Below are positions 30,695-45,438 of a stretch of 64,000 nt of DNA, piece after piece; the stretch's first letter is position 1; every line of letters begins with the position of its first letter. Source of the stretch: Octopus vulgaris (lineage: Eukaryota); contig OX597837.1 in the NCBI GenBank assembly GCA_951406725.2, positions 5,580,001-5,644,000 on the forward strand, given 5' to 3'. A program made the position numbers and the translations under genes. The notes under the pieces were generated by a model. The model was not told the DNA's origin. It saw nothing but the letters and a program-made list of their open reading frames with translations, and made no database searches.

Positions 30695-31056
30695 GTATGT
30701 GTTTGCGGCGTATCGCTGCATCCACCGTTTCTTGGTGATTCCCTATTACATCTGCCTGATGACGTTTTTACGTCAAACAGATGATAACCTTTCAACCCGT
30801 TGGTCGGTTTCGGTAGTTGTTGTTGCTGAGGGCTTTACTCGGTCATAGTTCGAATCCTGCTTCAAACTCCTTTGGTCACCTTTTATGATACGTAGGCGAG
30901 TCGTTGGGTCCAGGTTCGAAATTCCCCCAAGACACCTGAAGAAGGCTGGAGGGTATATTATGAAACGTTGTTTTAACAACAAACAAGATGAGGACAAATA
31001 TCCGTCGAATGTAAATAATGTAAATAATTCCGCATCTCTTAAATATGAAACTGTAT
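30695..31056 (+). mobile_element. PLE pseudo-LTR-like segment (family H3) with damaged hammerhead
   Basis: acac-CTGAAGA-a-ggctg-gagggtatat..GAAACGTT; the 3' part aacaacaaacaagatgaggacaaatatccgtc.aatgtaaataatg recurs at 54029-54105. Confidence 0.6.
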
Positions 31057-31118
31057 TTAAAATGTTTAATTGTTTGTTGAATTTATATAGGACTGTGTTC
31101 TATAAATGCTCATAATAC

Positions 31119-31156
<38 letters not shown>

Positions 31157-31233
31157 CATTTATACCGCTGTAATGCTTTACTTCCACACACGCCAGCTTA
31201 ATTTAATACGCCCTTAGTCGAAAGACACCTGTC

Positions 31234-31286
31234 GTTATGTCCTGTTATGTGTATTTGTTACACAAATACACATAACAGGACATAAC
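31234..31286. repeat. Perfect 25-bp inverted repeat, 3-nt loop
   Basis: gttatgtcctgttatgtgtatttgt-tac-acaaatacacataacaggacataac. Confidence 0.95.
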
Positions 31287-31792
31287 ATGTCAGTGAACAG
31301 GACTCGGTCTCAGCGGCGAAAATATTTTGGCAAATTACATTTAAGTGTGGAGGTGAATCTAACAGATTTTATGTGTTTTAAATGGTTTATAAACACCTTC
31401 CACTCTGCAATTGGCTTCCTTCCAGCACACGTACTCCGTTCAGGTCACTTCTACTATAGTAGAAGACATTTGCCCAAGATGCTATGCAGTGGGACTGAAC
31501 CCGCAACTCTGTCGTTGTTAAGCAACCTACTTAACACACAGCCGCCCCTGCGCTAATATTTCTCCCGTGTTTATATTTCTTAAACATTTTGTTGATTACG
31601 CATCGAGCATAAAGTAATTTAATTAGATCATTTCCATAAAATATTTTCTTCTTATTCAATCAAAAATCGCCCTGATATTCAAATATGGCCAAATATAATT
31701 CTTTAAAATATCTTTCCTAATCTCTTTCTTGTATAATCATTCTTCGATCGGAATTGTGAAACTCGAAATAAAGTTATATGAAATTTTATCTT

Positions 31793-31916
31793 TCGACTTT
31801 GCAATTCATCCTTCGGGCTCGACAAATTAAGTCCCAGTTGCTTACTGGGGCATATCTAATCGACTGGCCCATTCCCCCCAAATTTCGGGCCTTGTGCCTA
31901 GAATAGAAAAGAATAT
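31793..31916 (+). mobile_element. SINE B 3' fragment
   Basis: tcgactttgc..ttcatccttcggg...gggccttgtgcctagaatagaaaagaat. Confidence 0.7.
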
Positions 31917-32366
31917 AATGATGGCGACTTTTACTATACCATTCTTGCGTTTCTCGTTCTGCTTCATTCTTCTGTGTTCTAACACTGCGCCTGCGCACAC
32001 ACACATGTATATACGTGTCTGTGTGAATGTACAAATATACGAAGCACCTATTTATACACGCACATCAGCATATATACATTGACAGGTTTGTGTGTCTTAG
32101 AAAGTACTCATACATTTATGCAAATGTCTATCTATATATCAATCTATCCATCTATCTATTTATACGTATATATAATTATGTATATATACATATATGTAGG
32201 TACATGTGTGTGCGTGTTTGTGTATATGCATACATATATATAGAGAGAGTGAGGGGGAGAAAGATAAATAAATTGATAAATATATGCATGTATATATAGA
32301 TAGATAGATAGATAGATAGATGGATGGATGGATGGATGGATGGGTAGATAAATAGATAGATAGATG

Positions 32367-32424
<58 letters not shown>

Positions 32425-32967
32425 CAGACAGAAGCAGACGGAGAGGGTCACAGAGATAGAGACAGCAATACACGGAGGGATACAGGAACAGAGAGAGAAC
32501 GACAGAGAGAGAACGACAGAGAGAGAGAGAGAGACAAGGAGAAAGAGTGACGGTGTGGGAGAGAACGAGGGAGATGGAGAGGGAAAGAAAAAGAGGGAGA
32601 GATGGATAGAGAGAGATGGAGAGAGTGAGAAGGAAGAGAAAGAGAGAGCAGAGAGAGCATGAGAGAGAGAGAGAGAGAGAAAGCGAGAGAGAGAAAGCGA
32701 GAGAGAGAGAGCAGTGGTGCTTAGTGTAACCTATATGGTAATGGCCAGCTACATTCAAGCATTGACTGTTTATGTAAAATATTGGAAGTATTTGCATAAA
32801 TTCTCTTCGGAGAATTCCTCAGGGTATGCCTTTATTGAAATTATTTTAACAGGAACACGATGTCTCGACAACAGTAAATAATTTCACAATAGATTTTATA
32901 CTGAAACATCAATGCTGTATACGGTAGTTAAACTTGCTAGAAATAGCAGTCACTTATACGTCCCAAA

Positions 32968-33180
32968 GTGGAGGTGCATGGTTTTCAAGTCGTAAAGGTG
33001 TTGGACTCATAATTGTAAGATTGTAATTTCGAATTCTGGACTGGGCAAAACACTTCATGAGCAAAACACTTCATTTCTTGTTGCTACTGTCCACTCAGCT
33101 AGAAAGATGAGTATTTCTAAAATGGACTGGCGTCCTATCCAGGTAGTAATATGTGCGCCAGAAGAAACTAGGAAACCGGA
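32968..33180 (+). mobile_element. Diverged CORE-type SINE (group C)
   Basis: tRNA-like head plus gagcaaaacacttcatttc..gttgct.c.gtccactcagct; similar pieces at 43666 and 48272-48405. Confidence 0.55.
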
Positions 33181-33670
33181 GTAACGTGAACTGATTCATA
33201 CATCGCAATCTTGCGCCTGATTCCTGTTACTTATATTTTTCATTGTTCTACTTACCAAACATTATCCTCTAAGTCAATTGCTTTCAGCCATTTCTTTTTT
33301 ACCTATGGATTGCCTTGATTACTATTTTAATCTGGTGGACCCCCATAGCCGTTTTACTGGTTACTTCTTTTGCAATTATAAGTTTGCTTTTAGCCCTTTC
33401 ACGGAATCCCTCCTCTCCGTTGCACGCATTTGACCTAGTTACCTGTTCGAAAATACATTCCAGTCTTTCTCTCTCTTAGTCTCTGTCAGTCTGTCTCCTT
33501 ATCTCTCTCTCTCGCTATCTCTTTATCTTTGTTTGTCCCTCTCTCCCGCGCTATCTATGTATCTCTGTTTGTCTCTCTCTTTCTCTCTCTCTCTCTCTAC
33601 CAGTGTGGAAAGCCCTGTTAAAGATTGATGGGCGATGAATTCTCCCCTAAAAAACGAGAACAATAAAGCA

Positions 33671-33710
<40 letters not shown>

Positions 33711-34004
33711 AAATCGTCAACAACAAGTCTGAGTAAAACATATATTCGCGATTGTTGCTGGATAAATGGTAAAAATAGAGCAAAATAAACCACGTTGCTA
33801 ACAGTTGGGAGCTGCAATAGTCTGGAGTAAATACTGTAATTGAATTTATTTAACATTCGAATATTGCAATATAAATTCTTCGACCGAATTCCATTGCCTC
33901 AGGAATATAGAAATGTTGGCATGAATTTCTGCTCTGAGCTACAGAACATTATATTCAATTAAAACACAAAATTATCGAAGTCTAAACGTTGGTGATTATA
34001 TATA

Positions 34005-34047
<43 letters not shown>

Positions 34048-34077
34048 GTGTATCTGTGTTTGAGTGTACACACATAT

Positions 34078-34265
<188 letters not shown>

Positions 34266-34312
34266 GATATATATACATACATACATATATATGCATATAT
34301 ATACATAACCAT

Positions 34313-34356
<44 letters not shown>

Positions 34357-34684
34357 GAATGTATACATATCTATATATAAAAGTGTTTGTAGAGTTTTGA
34401 CGTCATAAGAATTCTATAAACATTTGAGAATGCGTGAAATGATTGTTTTTTGGGGGACGAGTGAATGTTGAAGCGCATAGAGATATTTGTGTGTGCTTCG
34501 AGAACCAGGAAACGAAAAGACAAAAACAACAGAACTCAAAAAGAAATTATATATGTGTCTGGAAGTTTAGTTGTAAGTTTTCTTATTTTAGGTGATGAGG
34601 AGATTTGTGGAGGAATTGAACAAAGTGGACCTGCTAGAATGAAAATAAAATAAAATGAATTACAACATAGGTAAGAAAATTATA

Positions 34685-34914
34685 TTAGGTTGCTGCATAA
34701 TTTTTGCGGTATTTTTTCAATAAATTTTATTCAACAAAAACTGTAAAAACATTTAACAAACTTCATCTTTAAATGATTATTCCGACCGGCTGCCAAGCAA
34801 ATGGGAAACAGTAATTGAAGTAGATGGTGAATATGCTCCTGAATAATCAGTTAAATATGTTTTTGTTTAATGTTGTTATTGAAAAGAAGCAGCAATAATT
34901 ATGTACCAACCTAA
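34685..34914 (+). mobile_element. Internally deleted mariner (MITE-like)
   Basis: TA|ttaggttgctgcataatt ... aattatgtaccaacctaa|TA TIRs; retains transposase C-terminus DRLPSKWETVIEVDGEYAPE*. Confidence 0.85.
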
Positions 34915-34926
34915 TATTAAATTAAA

Positions 34927-35312
34927 ACAAAACCCGTCAAAGGGCGGAGGAACACTTGAGAGTCAACGGCCATCCAATAAATGTCTTAAGGATGTATCAT
35001 GCGCGGGGACATAGAAATAATCGAACTGAATACCCGATCATGCGGTTAAAGCATTGGGAGTGAAGGACTCCTAGCCTTTGTTAGGGCATCCTTCTAGGAG
35101 AAGGTAACTCAGGTAACTGGGATAACTCCGACATAAAACCTGCGGCTCAGTGGTTACCGATGATGCTGACTTGTTCTTCTTTTCGGATTATGGCTGATGT
35201 TGCTTAGTGAGTGGGATTGACTCAGTGCATAGCCTTTCCTCACAACATTGATTAAGCTTCGTGCAATGGTCATACTCGATAACGATGGGGCAGCCACCAT
35301 GTGTATGTATGT
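34927..35312 (+). mobile_element. RTE-like non-autonomous element, second copy (5'-truncated, internal deletion)
   Basis: Aligns to 13090-13400 and then jumps to 13548-13596. Confidence 0.7.
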
Positions 35313-35329
35313 ATAGGTGAAGATATCCC

Positions 35330-36265
35330 GAAAAGATTGGGAGAAACTAAAAATCCGAATCTGATATGTTTGTTATTAAATATTTTTGCGTATCTAATGA
35401 TTTTAATTTTCTTATCAATAATCTTTCTAATAGATCTTATAAAGTTCGTGTTTAGATGTTTAACGAAGGGAATCATTATCCGTATGGTTTTATCAGGGTC
35501 TGCCTTTGTTGAGCATTGATTTATATTCAGAAAGTCATTGTTTTTCTCATACATATTATTGGTTTATTTTTGACAATGTTTTTATTATCATTATTAATTT
35601 TATTTTTATGGTTATTCCTATTAATATTGTTAGTCGCCTTACTCTGACGCTTCATTTTTTTTATTTTTTTGTTATCTTCATGTTCCTATTTTTATCTTTA
35701 ATTCTATAGTTGCAATTTACGCTATCAGTATTTTTAGGGTTATTTACATTAGTGCGATTAGAATGGTGATAATAATTTTTTTGATTTTTGTCCTTATTAT
35801 GAATTATATTTATATTATAATGTTCATTATGCTTAAGTTTAATTTTTATATCATTATAATTGGCCCGTTTAACATGATTGTTATATTTATGATTAGTGCT
35901 GGGTATTTTTATTATTTGGTTATGAGAGAATACTGTTTCTTTATAGATATTTAAGTCTCTAATTCAACACTATTTTTTATGTAAAGATATCTAATATGAT
36001 TTTTAATAGTATTGTAGTTCTTATTGTAGTTAATTTCATATTTATATCCTGCCTTCTTTAGTGATACGTTGTAACAGTTTTTGTGTTTATTTTATTTAAT
36101 ACTTCTTCGTTAGATGATAGAAAATGTATTCTCTCTATGTTAGTACTAAGGTTTTCTATAATACTGTTTACGATTATGTATCTTATGTTGGCGTTAAATT
36201 TATGATAAGGTTGGTAAATAAAAGTATAAATGTTAAAGTTGACGCCAAGGAAGTTTACAGAGATG
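35330..36265 (-). pseudogene. Penelope-like retroelement RT thumb/linker relic
   Basis: Minus strand SVNFLGVNFNI..IYQPYHKFNANIRYI..SIIENLSTNIERIHFLSSNEEVLNK..YNVSLKKAGY, then TIRIMIPFVKHLNTNFIRSIRKIIDKK..RYAKIFNNKHIRFGFLVSPN; matches PLE VNFLDV..YQPYRKPN..LSSNEE..YN.ALK.SGY / K.IFN...IK.SYS..PN; frameshifted. Confidence 0.8.
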
Positions 36266-36749
36266 CTATATTTTTTTTAGTCTTGTTTTAAATAGACATG
36301 ACTCCAAGAACAAAAATACATTACAAAAATGAGTAATGAACACCATACCTATGTAATCCTAACGTCGTTTTAGCTTTTTTCTTATTTTCGGCTATTGACG
36401 AGTACTCAGTTTCTTAAAATGAATTTATTTTAAAATAAATTTTCTGTATGAAACGATTGTAGGACTACATGAATAAAAAAACTATATCATCCATATTAAT
36501 ATCTAATCTCCTCCATTTACGTAATATATGATTGAATTTGTTAAACTTGGTTTAATAAGGTAAATCATATACTTAATATATCTTAATATACTTTTCATAC
36601 TGTATCTACGCTAATTTACACAAGTAAATTCAGAGAAGATTATGAAGAAACAACATTAGAAATCCATGTAAAACTACTCCAATTAATGGACGAATTCGCA
36701 TTGAACCTTTAATATATATATATATTTGTTTTGTTTTTGTTTTTTGTTT

Positions 36750-36960
36750 TTCCAGTTTCAGCTCTTGAGCTGTGGCCATGCTGGGGCACCGCCATTGTGG
36801 TGAAAGAGTACAGCAGGGATCACCACCCCCTGCCGGAGCCTCGTAGAGCTTTTAGGTGTTTTCGCTCAATAAACACACACAACGCCCGGTCTGAGAATCG
36901 AAACCGCGATCCTGCGACTGCGAGTCCGCTGCCCTAACCACTAGGCCATTGCGCCTCTAC
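36750..36960 (-). mobile_element. Short tRNA-headed SINE (group C head with a SINE A-type tail)
   Basis: Minus strand A-box tggcctagtggttagg, B-box gtttcgattctc, body shared with 63934-64000, tail ggcggtgccccagcatggccacagctcaagagctgaaac. Confidence 0.8.
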
Positions 36961-36995
36961 ATATATATATATATATCAACGTATATACACATATT

Positions 36996-37051
<56 letters not shown>

Positions 37052-37071
37052 TTATACACATATAAATGTTC

Positions 37072-37195
37072 CTTTCTGTTGAAGAGCTTAGGCTCGGAAC
37101 GTAAAAGAAATTCTAACCTTCCCAAGCGTTAAACTAATACACCTGTTTGTTGTTTACACACCTGTTTTCTTTTTACTTTTTCTGTAAACTCCAAC
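37072..37195 (+). mobile_element. H2 hammerhead-bearing short element in (TA)n (GAAA mutated to GGAA)
   Basis: cttt-ctgttga-a-gagc-ttag-gctc-ggaacgt-a-aaag. Confidence 0.6.
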
Positions 37196-37319
37196 TATAT
37201 ATATATATATATGTGTATACATATATATACATACATACATGGACACATATATATGTGTGTGTGCGTGTTTATATATATGTATATATATATATATATTATA
37301 TATATTATATATATGTATA

Positions 37320-37392
<73 letters not shown>

Positions 37393-37646
37393 ACTTTGGT
37401 ACTGTGTGGTCTTCACAGGCCGCTGGCATTTATAGTGTTAAACACTTTCGGCATGCAAATTAGGAAATCCTTCATAGAGTAATTGCTACATTTGTTGAGT
37501 ATATACACAATTTGGATGCTGGTTTCTCTGGAGACTGCCAGAAAGATGTAGACAAACCGATGAGGTTCGAAAATCTATTAAGATTGTTCATCATTTTTTT
37601 CCAGTCTGCAGAGAAATAGCTAAAATTTGCTCTGTTTATAAGTATA

Positions 37647-37688
<42 letters not shown>

Positions 37689-37840
37689 GCCTCCACGTAT
37701 GTATATATACACATATATGTATACTGATTATTATTCAGTATATTCAATTGATAATTATATTTACAAATTATTAATAACTAAATAGTGAATGATTTGCAAT
37801 CATATTGTAAGATTATTATGATAGTGTTGTGTTATTTATA

Positions 37841-38058
37841 GGCGACGAGCTAGGAGAATCGTTAGCACGCCGGGCGAAATGCTTTGCGGTATTTCGCCTG
37901 CCGCTACGTTCTGAGTTCAAATTCCGCCGAGGTCGACTTTACCTTTCATCCTTTCGGGGGTTGATAAATTAAGTAACAGTTACGTACTAGGGTCGATCTA
38001 ATCGACTGGCTCCCTCCCCCAAAATTTTTAGGCCTAGAGTGCCTAGAGTGGAAAAGAT
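37841..38058 (+). mobile_element. SINE B monomer (tail type 2)
   Basis: ggcgacgagctaggagaatcgttagcacgccgggcgaaatgc...gtgcctagagtggaaaaga. Confidence 0.85.
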
Positions 38059-38920
38059 ACTTTTGTTTCTGGTTATCAGCAGAGAAATTACCTAGGTGCA
38101 TTGGTTTACTACTAATGAATGCTACAACAAGAATTCTGTTTAAAATTTAAATAGAAAACATTTTGTTGTGAAACAAAACAAACGTATTGCCGTCTTAAAC
38201 CAACAACTGAAATATGTTTAAACTAAGCGAAATTTATCACATCTTGTATGAAATTTTGATATCGAAAATGATAGAAGGTAGGTGGTTTAAGCTGTGCCAT
38301 AGTCGTTATCGCCGTTGTCATCGTCACCCGTTCGTCTTGACCGCTACGACCACATTCACAGCTGACCGACCGAAAGCGAGCACCACTCTTATGTTAGAGA
38401 CACGCTTGGTTACCATGGGAAAAAGGCATTCAATAGTCATTTCTTTCACAGAGAAAACGGCGCTGAACGATGAAATTGTAAACAAGATCCTGTTCTTGAG
38501 AAAACCGTAGGATCAGTACATGCTGACATCATCAATGCTGGATACAGTGATCATGGTTGGATATCTAGGTAGTTAATTGGTATTTGGGAATGCCAAACAC
38601 TCCTCCTACTCATGTTATATGTTATGTAAGTAAGTTGTCTCATGCAAAGCAGATCTGTGTTGCTCATAATTTATCAAATATGCACCTAACATGCATAAAG
38701 GCACACAAAATTTAATAGGAACGATCTTTTAGAAAGTATACGGGTAAACGTTTCATTAAAAGGAATATTAAAGTGTCCGTTTCATAATTTCTAATAAAGC
38801 AAATAAGTGAAAAATTCTTTGATTACAATTTTATTCTAAAAGTATATACGTATTAAGTAATGTTTACACAAGGTGGCCTAATCTGTCGCTTATTTGTATG
38901 TATTTGCATGTAAATATGTG

Positions 38921-38999
<79 letters not shown>

Positions 39000-39232
39000 G
39001 CCTATCTGTCTATCTGTCTATATATGTATACACTCACACACATTGATACATACATATATGCTTTTATTCGTGTCATGCACGAAACTGGCGGTTGTCGAGG
39101 AGTTTTATATTTCTAATGATTTTAAATAGTACATCCACATCCACAAAGGCACACAGATATACACCTATATGAGTGTGCATTTGTGTACATGTGTGTACAT
39201 GTGTGTGTATATATATACATATATATATATAC

Positions 39233-39276
<44 letters not shown>

Positions 39277-39313
39277 GTGTGTATATCCGTGTATCCATAT
39301 ATATGTATGTATA

Positions 39314-39358
<45 letters not shown>

Positions 39359-40119
39359 GTGTCTAAGTATATATATATATATATATATATGTAAATCTAT
39401 CTGTTTATCTATCTATCTGTCTATCTATATATCTATATATCTATGTATGTATTATACATGTATTTTATGTGTATCTACATATAAATATATATATATGTAT
39501 ATATATACATATATATATATATATACATATATATATATGTAGATATACACGCCATATATATTTACGTGTGTATGTATTTCTATATTCGTCATTGTTTCTG
39601 TGTATGCACACCAACATACGCACACACATATATTCACATATACGCAGAATAAGGCAAGCAAATAATAACAGTAAAAATTTAAAATATCAAAACAAAACAC
39701 ACGCTCATTAAAAATCAATGAAGGCAAATATCAATTTTTCAAATGCAAGCAAGAAAAGCTGTCATCTGATTGGTCGTTTGTAACGAAACGAAGTGGGAAG
39801 AGGAAAACGGTATGCGTTGTAACTGTTATAATTAAAGCAATCCCAGTGACTTCATAGGCAGATTGTTATTAAATATAATATTAGAGAGTAACGCAAAAGG
39901 TTTTAAAGTCTTGCAATGCTCCAGAAAAAGGAAAAAGGAACGACAAATATGGTACTTTGCAGGGGAGAGGGGGTTGGGAGTAGGGAAGGGCGAGAAGAAG
40001 GAGGAGTGGAATTTGAAATGAAATTAAAAATTAAGGGAGCAGCGCAGAAGATAATAGAAGTACGTCTATAGGTATGTATGTATGTATATATATATATATA
40101 AATATATATACAATGTAAG

Positions 40120-40339
40120 TATATATACATATATATATGTATATGTATATATGCATATATATGTACATAAATATATATATGTATATATGTGTATATATAC
40201 ATATATATATATGTATATATATACATATATATATGTATATATATACATATATATATATGTATATATACACATATATACATATATATATTTATGTACATAT
40301 ATATGCATATATACATATACATATATATATGTATATATA
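40120..40339. repeat. Perfect 220-bp spacerless AT-rich palindrome
   Basis: Checked in 10-bp blocks: 40120-40229 is the exact reverse complement of 40230-40339; the + and - ORFs here give the same peptide. Confidence 0.9.
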
Positions 40340-41565
40340 TGTATATATATGTATATATATGTATATATATATATATACATATATATGTATATATATATAC
40401 ATACATACAGATTATGCAACAACATAAATGAATAAGATACATATATATACAGGCATATACATGCACACGCAAACAACACACATACACATGTGTGTACATA
40501 CAGATATATGTATGTATATATGTGTACATACAGATATATGTATATATATGTACACATATATATATATACATATATATATATACATACATACATACATGCA
40601 TACATTTATACATAATTGGAAACTATGCATATATAAATATAAACAACATACATGAATAAATATGTGTGTATGTGTACAATGCATACACATACGTGCATAT
40701 ATATATATATATATGTGTGTCTGTATGTGTGTGTGTGTGTGTATTTGTGTGTATTGAGATAAATGTATATACATACATACGGGCAATACTATATCTATCT
40801 GTGCGTGAGCCTCTATGTGCGTGTGTATATGTGTGTATGTGTGTATGTGTGTATATGTGAGATATTTAAGCTGGTGTGTCTAATTAATTATTCATTAATT
40901 ATATAAATTCCTGGAATTGGATTAAATTTGTAATGAGGAAAATGGAATATAAAACGAAAATCCATACAGAAAAACAATTAAAAAAATATATAAGCGTGTA
41001 TTATATATATATATATGTGCTTGTGTTTATATATACAGTGTGTCTGTGCCTCCATGTATTTGTGTATGCATGTGTGTGTATGTGTCTGTGCGTGTGTGTG
41101 TGTCTGTGTGTGCTTGTGTATAAAATGCGTGCGTAGCGAATAACATACGCGCAGCTTACGTCTTATATATTTGTAAATATATTGCGATGTACATATTTAA
41201 TATAAATTTTATCTCATTATTGAGCGCTTGGTGTCACAACAACACATGATCAGGGTTACTTACATATATATATATATATACATAAACACAAATACACATA
41301 CACGCATGTATACATACATATACACACGTATACATGCATGTAAGTATTCTCACGTACACACACATACACACATATATAGATACATATTTATGCTCCTAAA
41401 TACACACACATATATATATATTTGATAATATATCTTTATATATACTCATATATATATATGTGTACATACACATATGCATATATATATATATACACACACA
41501 TATACACTCACATATATATAGGTGTATGTATGTATTTACGTATATTTAAAATAGGGCGAGGGAAC

Positions 41566-42571
<1,006 letters not shown>

Positions 42572-42839
42572 CATATGTGTGTGTTTGAATGTAATATATT
42601 ATATACTTCGATTATGTAAGAAGGATCACGTGAATCTCACGGTTACTATTCCGATCCTGTAGTCCTGGTCACTCATTCGCCACGGGTTGAACGACTAATT
42701 AGATATTAGGTGGAGCTATGAGCAATGTCTATGTAAAATAAGCAATCGAAAAGAATGAATCCCAGATATAACCACGTAACGAGAAACATGCCAATGTTTA
42801 GAACAGGAATCCTTCGTAAAACGCATGTGTTACGTTCCA

Positions 42840-43024
42840 AACTCCCCCCGCGATAAGTGAAAATCCGCGAAGCAGAAACAGCACAGTACTGCATATTTAA
42901 AAAAAAAATTATCATTTGTATATATTTATTTTATTATAGATGCAATACAACTCCACGGAGGAATCGGCGTAGGCTGAAAAAATAAACCGCGATAGGTGAA
43001 CCGCGATATGGCAAGAGATTACAG
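42840..43024. mobile_element. Tigger/pogo-like DNA transposon end
   Basis: ccgcgataagtgaaaatccgcgaag and terminal ccgcgataggtgaaccgcgatatggcaagagattacag|TA resemble Tigger-type TIRs. Confidence 0.5.
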
Positions 43025-43100
43025 TATGTCTCAAGGCAGCGAGTTAGCAGATCACAGCACGCTCGACAAAATTCTTAGCCGCATTCCGTCTGACATTACC

Positions 43101-43137
<37 letters not shown>

Positions 43138-43665
43138 GGCATGTGTGTGTGCGTGCGTGTGTGTGTGTGTGTACGGAGCTAAAAAAATATCCTGTTTTAA
43201 CGAGGTGGGAAAATATTTCCATATTATTTTATTCGGAAATGTATGTTAGAAAACCTAATACACTTCGGAGAGTCATATTTTCTAATTGCACACCTGTGAT
43301 GTTCAGTATATATAAATATATTGATATTTATAAATGCAGCATACCTGTGATGCTAAATATCTATATTTAGTTACCTTTTACTAATTACATATCATAGGTT
43401 TACATTAGCATCTCATGAATTTAAATAGAGAAACCTCAGCTGATAGCGTTTTAGTTGAAGTAAAAGATCTGTGTTCGTTATTTTGTATTACGTTCGGTAT
43501 CATATGATCGTTAATTGTATGTTACAGTTCAGTGAATGGCATACGACTTATGATCTTCAGATAGATACCGTCGTAATATTTTTGGTTATTCTTGGAGTAG
43601 AATTTGGTCCTCAGACATAAGTAGCACCGAAGTGAACTATTATTATATGCGATAACTTTGTACGG

Positions 43666-44000
43666 GGTCAGTGGTTAGAGCGTCGGGCTCACAATCAAGA
43701 GTTAGTGAATTCGATTCCCAGAACAAGATGTGTGTTGTATTCTTGAGCAAGAAACTTTATTTCACGTTGCTCCAGTTCACTCAGCTGTAGAAATGAGTTG
43801 CGACGTCCCAGGTGCCAAGCTGTATTGACCTTTGCCTTTCCCTTAGATAACACTGGTGGAGTGGTGAAGGGAGGCCGGTATTCACGGGTAACTACGGGTC
43901 TTCCATAAGCGACCTTTCCCGGACTTGTACCTTGAAGGGTAACTCTCTAGGTGCGAACCCATAGTCCTATCCTGACCGAAGGGGGTCTTTACCCTTTACC
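43666..44000 (+). mobile_element. CORE-type tRNA SINE (group C; OR-like)
   Basis: A-box agtggttagagcg, B-box attcgattccc, CORE-like ttgagcaagaaactttatttcacgttgctccagttcactcagctgtagaaatgagt, (tttaccc)n tail; 3' half shared with 63594-63785. Confidence 0.75.
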
Positions 44001-45050
44001 GTTGTCCAAGCTGGAACGTACCATGTATGTAGCCTTCTCTTGGGGTAGAATTTGTTCATAATGCAATAATACTTAGACATAAGTTTCACCGATTTTAATT
44101 ATTGTTATATGCGATATCTTTGTTCGAGGTAGACCGTGGCTTGTCTTTAGCCGTACTTTTATCTATATTTTGCCTGGAATTCTTTGTGATCGATACAATT
44201 ATGGTAGTATCTGAAGTGATTCATAATGTGGAACACGTTATATAAATATATTTATAAGTATTTCATAGCTATATAAATATATAAAGTGTTTCATGAATAT
44301 AAATATGTTTATAAATATTCATGGATGCATAAATCGTTTCACAATGTCCACTACAGTGCAAGGAGAAAATAAGAACAATAAAAACAAAACAAAAACAAAT
44401 CGTTTACAATTTTTCATTGAATTAATTAATATACTTCGTCCTTCTTCAAATCCGTTAGGACGAACCGTAATCAATAGGAATGAGAGAATGAATTTAGCTC
44501 TTATTCGAACAGGTGTGAAGGAATGACTGGATGACGAATGGTTTTATAAAGCGAATAAAAGGCCTCGTAATTTTTGTCAGTTGTTGTTGATGGAATTTAA
44601 CTCCTTCCTTGTAATAATCGGTTTAGGCTCTAAACTCTCGATATTCAGGTGTTTGTATGTGATGATCAGGGTGGCATCCTTGTTACGACAGATTTCCATC
44701 AAATGGACACACTTTTCATCCGCGATCTTCTAGAATCTAAGCCAAATCATATACCTGCCTATGTATTTATCAGTATTGTTTGCTGTGTACACTCACACAT
44801 ACGTGCATGCATACACACAGGTATGCATACATTTGGGCATAAATATATTCGTCCATCCAACCATCCGTCCGTCCATGCATACATACATACATACATACAT
44901 ACATACATACATACCTATCTCTCTGTCTGTCTCTCTGTATCTATCTATATCTATCTACCGATCTACCTAGCTACCTATGTACCTACCTAACTACATACCT
45001 ACCTACCTGTCTGTCTGTCGATCTATCTATCTATCTATCTCTCTATCAAT

Positions 45051-45084
<34 letters not shown>

Positions 45085-45298
45085 TTATCTATCAGGTGGA
45101 CGGAGGAGAGAGGGTAGGGGGCAGGGAATTGACGGATTAGAAAAACTCAAAGAGATAAAAAAATGGATACGGGTGAGATAAACGAGGAGGAAAAGTGGGA
45201 ATATATGTGTGTGTGTGTGTGTGCGTGTGTGTGTGTGTGTGCCTGTGTGTGCGTGTGTGTGTGTGTGTGTACGTATGTGTGTGTATATTTATATATAC

Positions 45299-45438
45299 AC
45301 GACGGGCTTCTTTCAGTTTCCGTCTACCAAATCCACTCACAAATCTTTGATCGGCCCGAGGCTATAGAAGAAGATACTTGCCCAAGGTGCCACGCAGTGG
45401 CACTGAATCCGGAACTGGTAAGCCAGCTACTTACCACA
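45299..45438 (-). mobile_element. SINE A 5' half
   Basis: gacgggcttctttcagtttccgtctaccaaatccactcac... Confidence 0.8.

Noticed and set aside
30750-30783. Hammerhead at cCTGATGAcgtttttacgtc
   Set aside because: No GAAA/UH after the hairpin; it folds as a simple stem (catctg...cagatg)
33880-33920. Motif aattccattgcctcaggaata shared with 51211-51231
   Set aside because: Too short to classify; most likely a remnant of an old dispersed repeat
36880-36960. tRNA gene on the minus strand (likewise other A/B-box heads)
   Set aside because: No proper acceptor stem; it continues into SINE body and tail, so it is a SINE head
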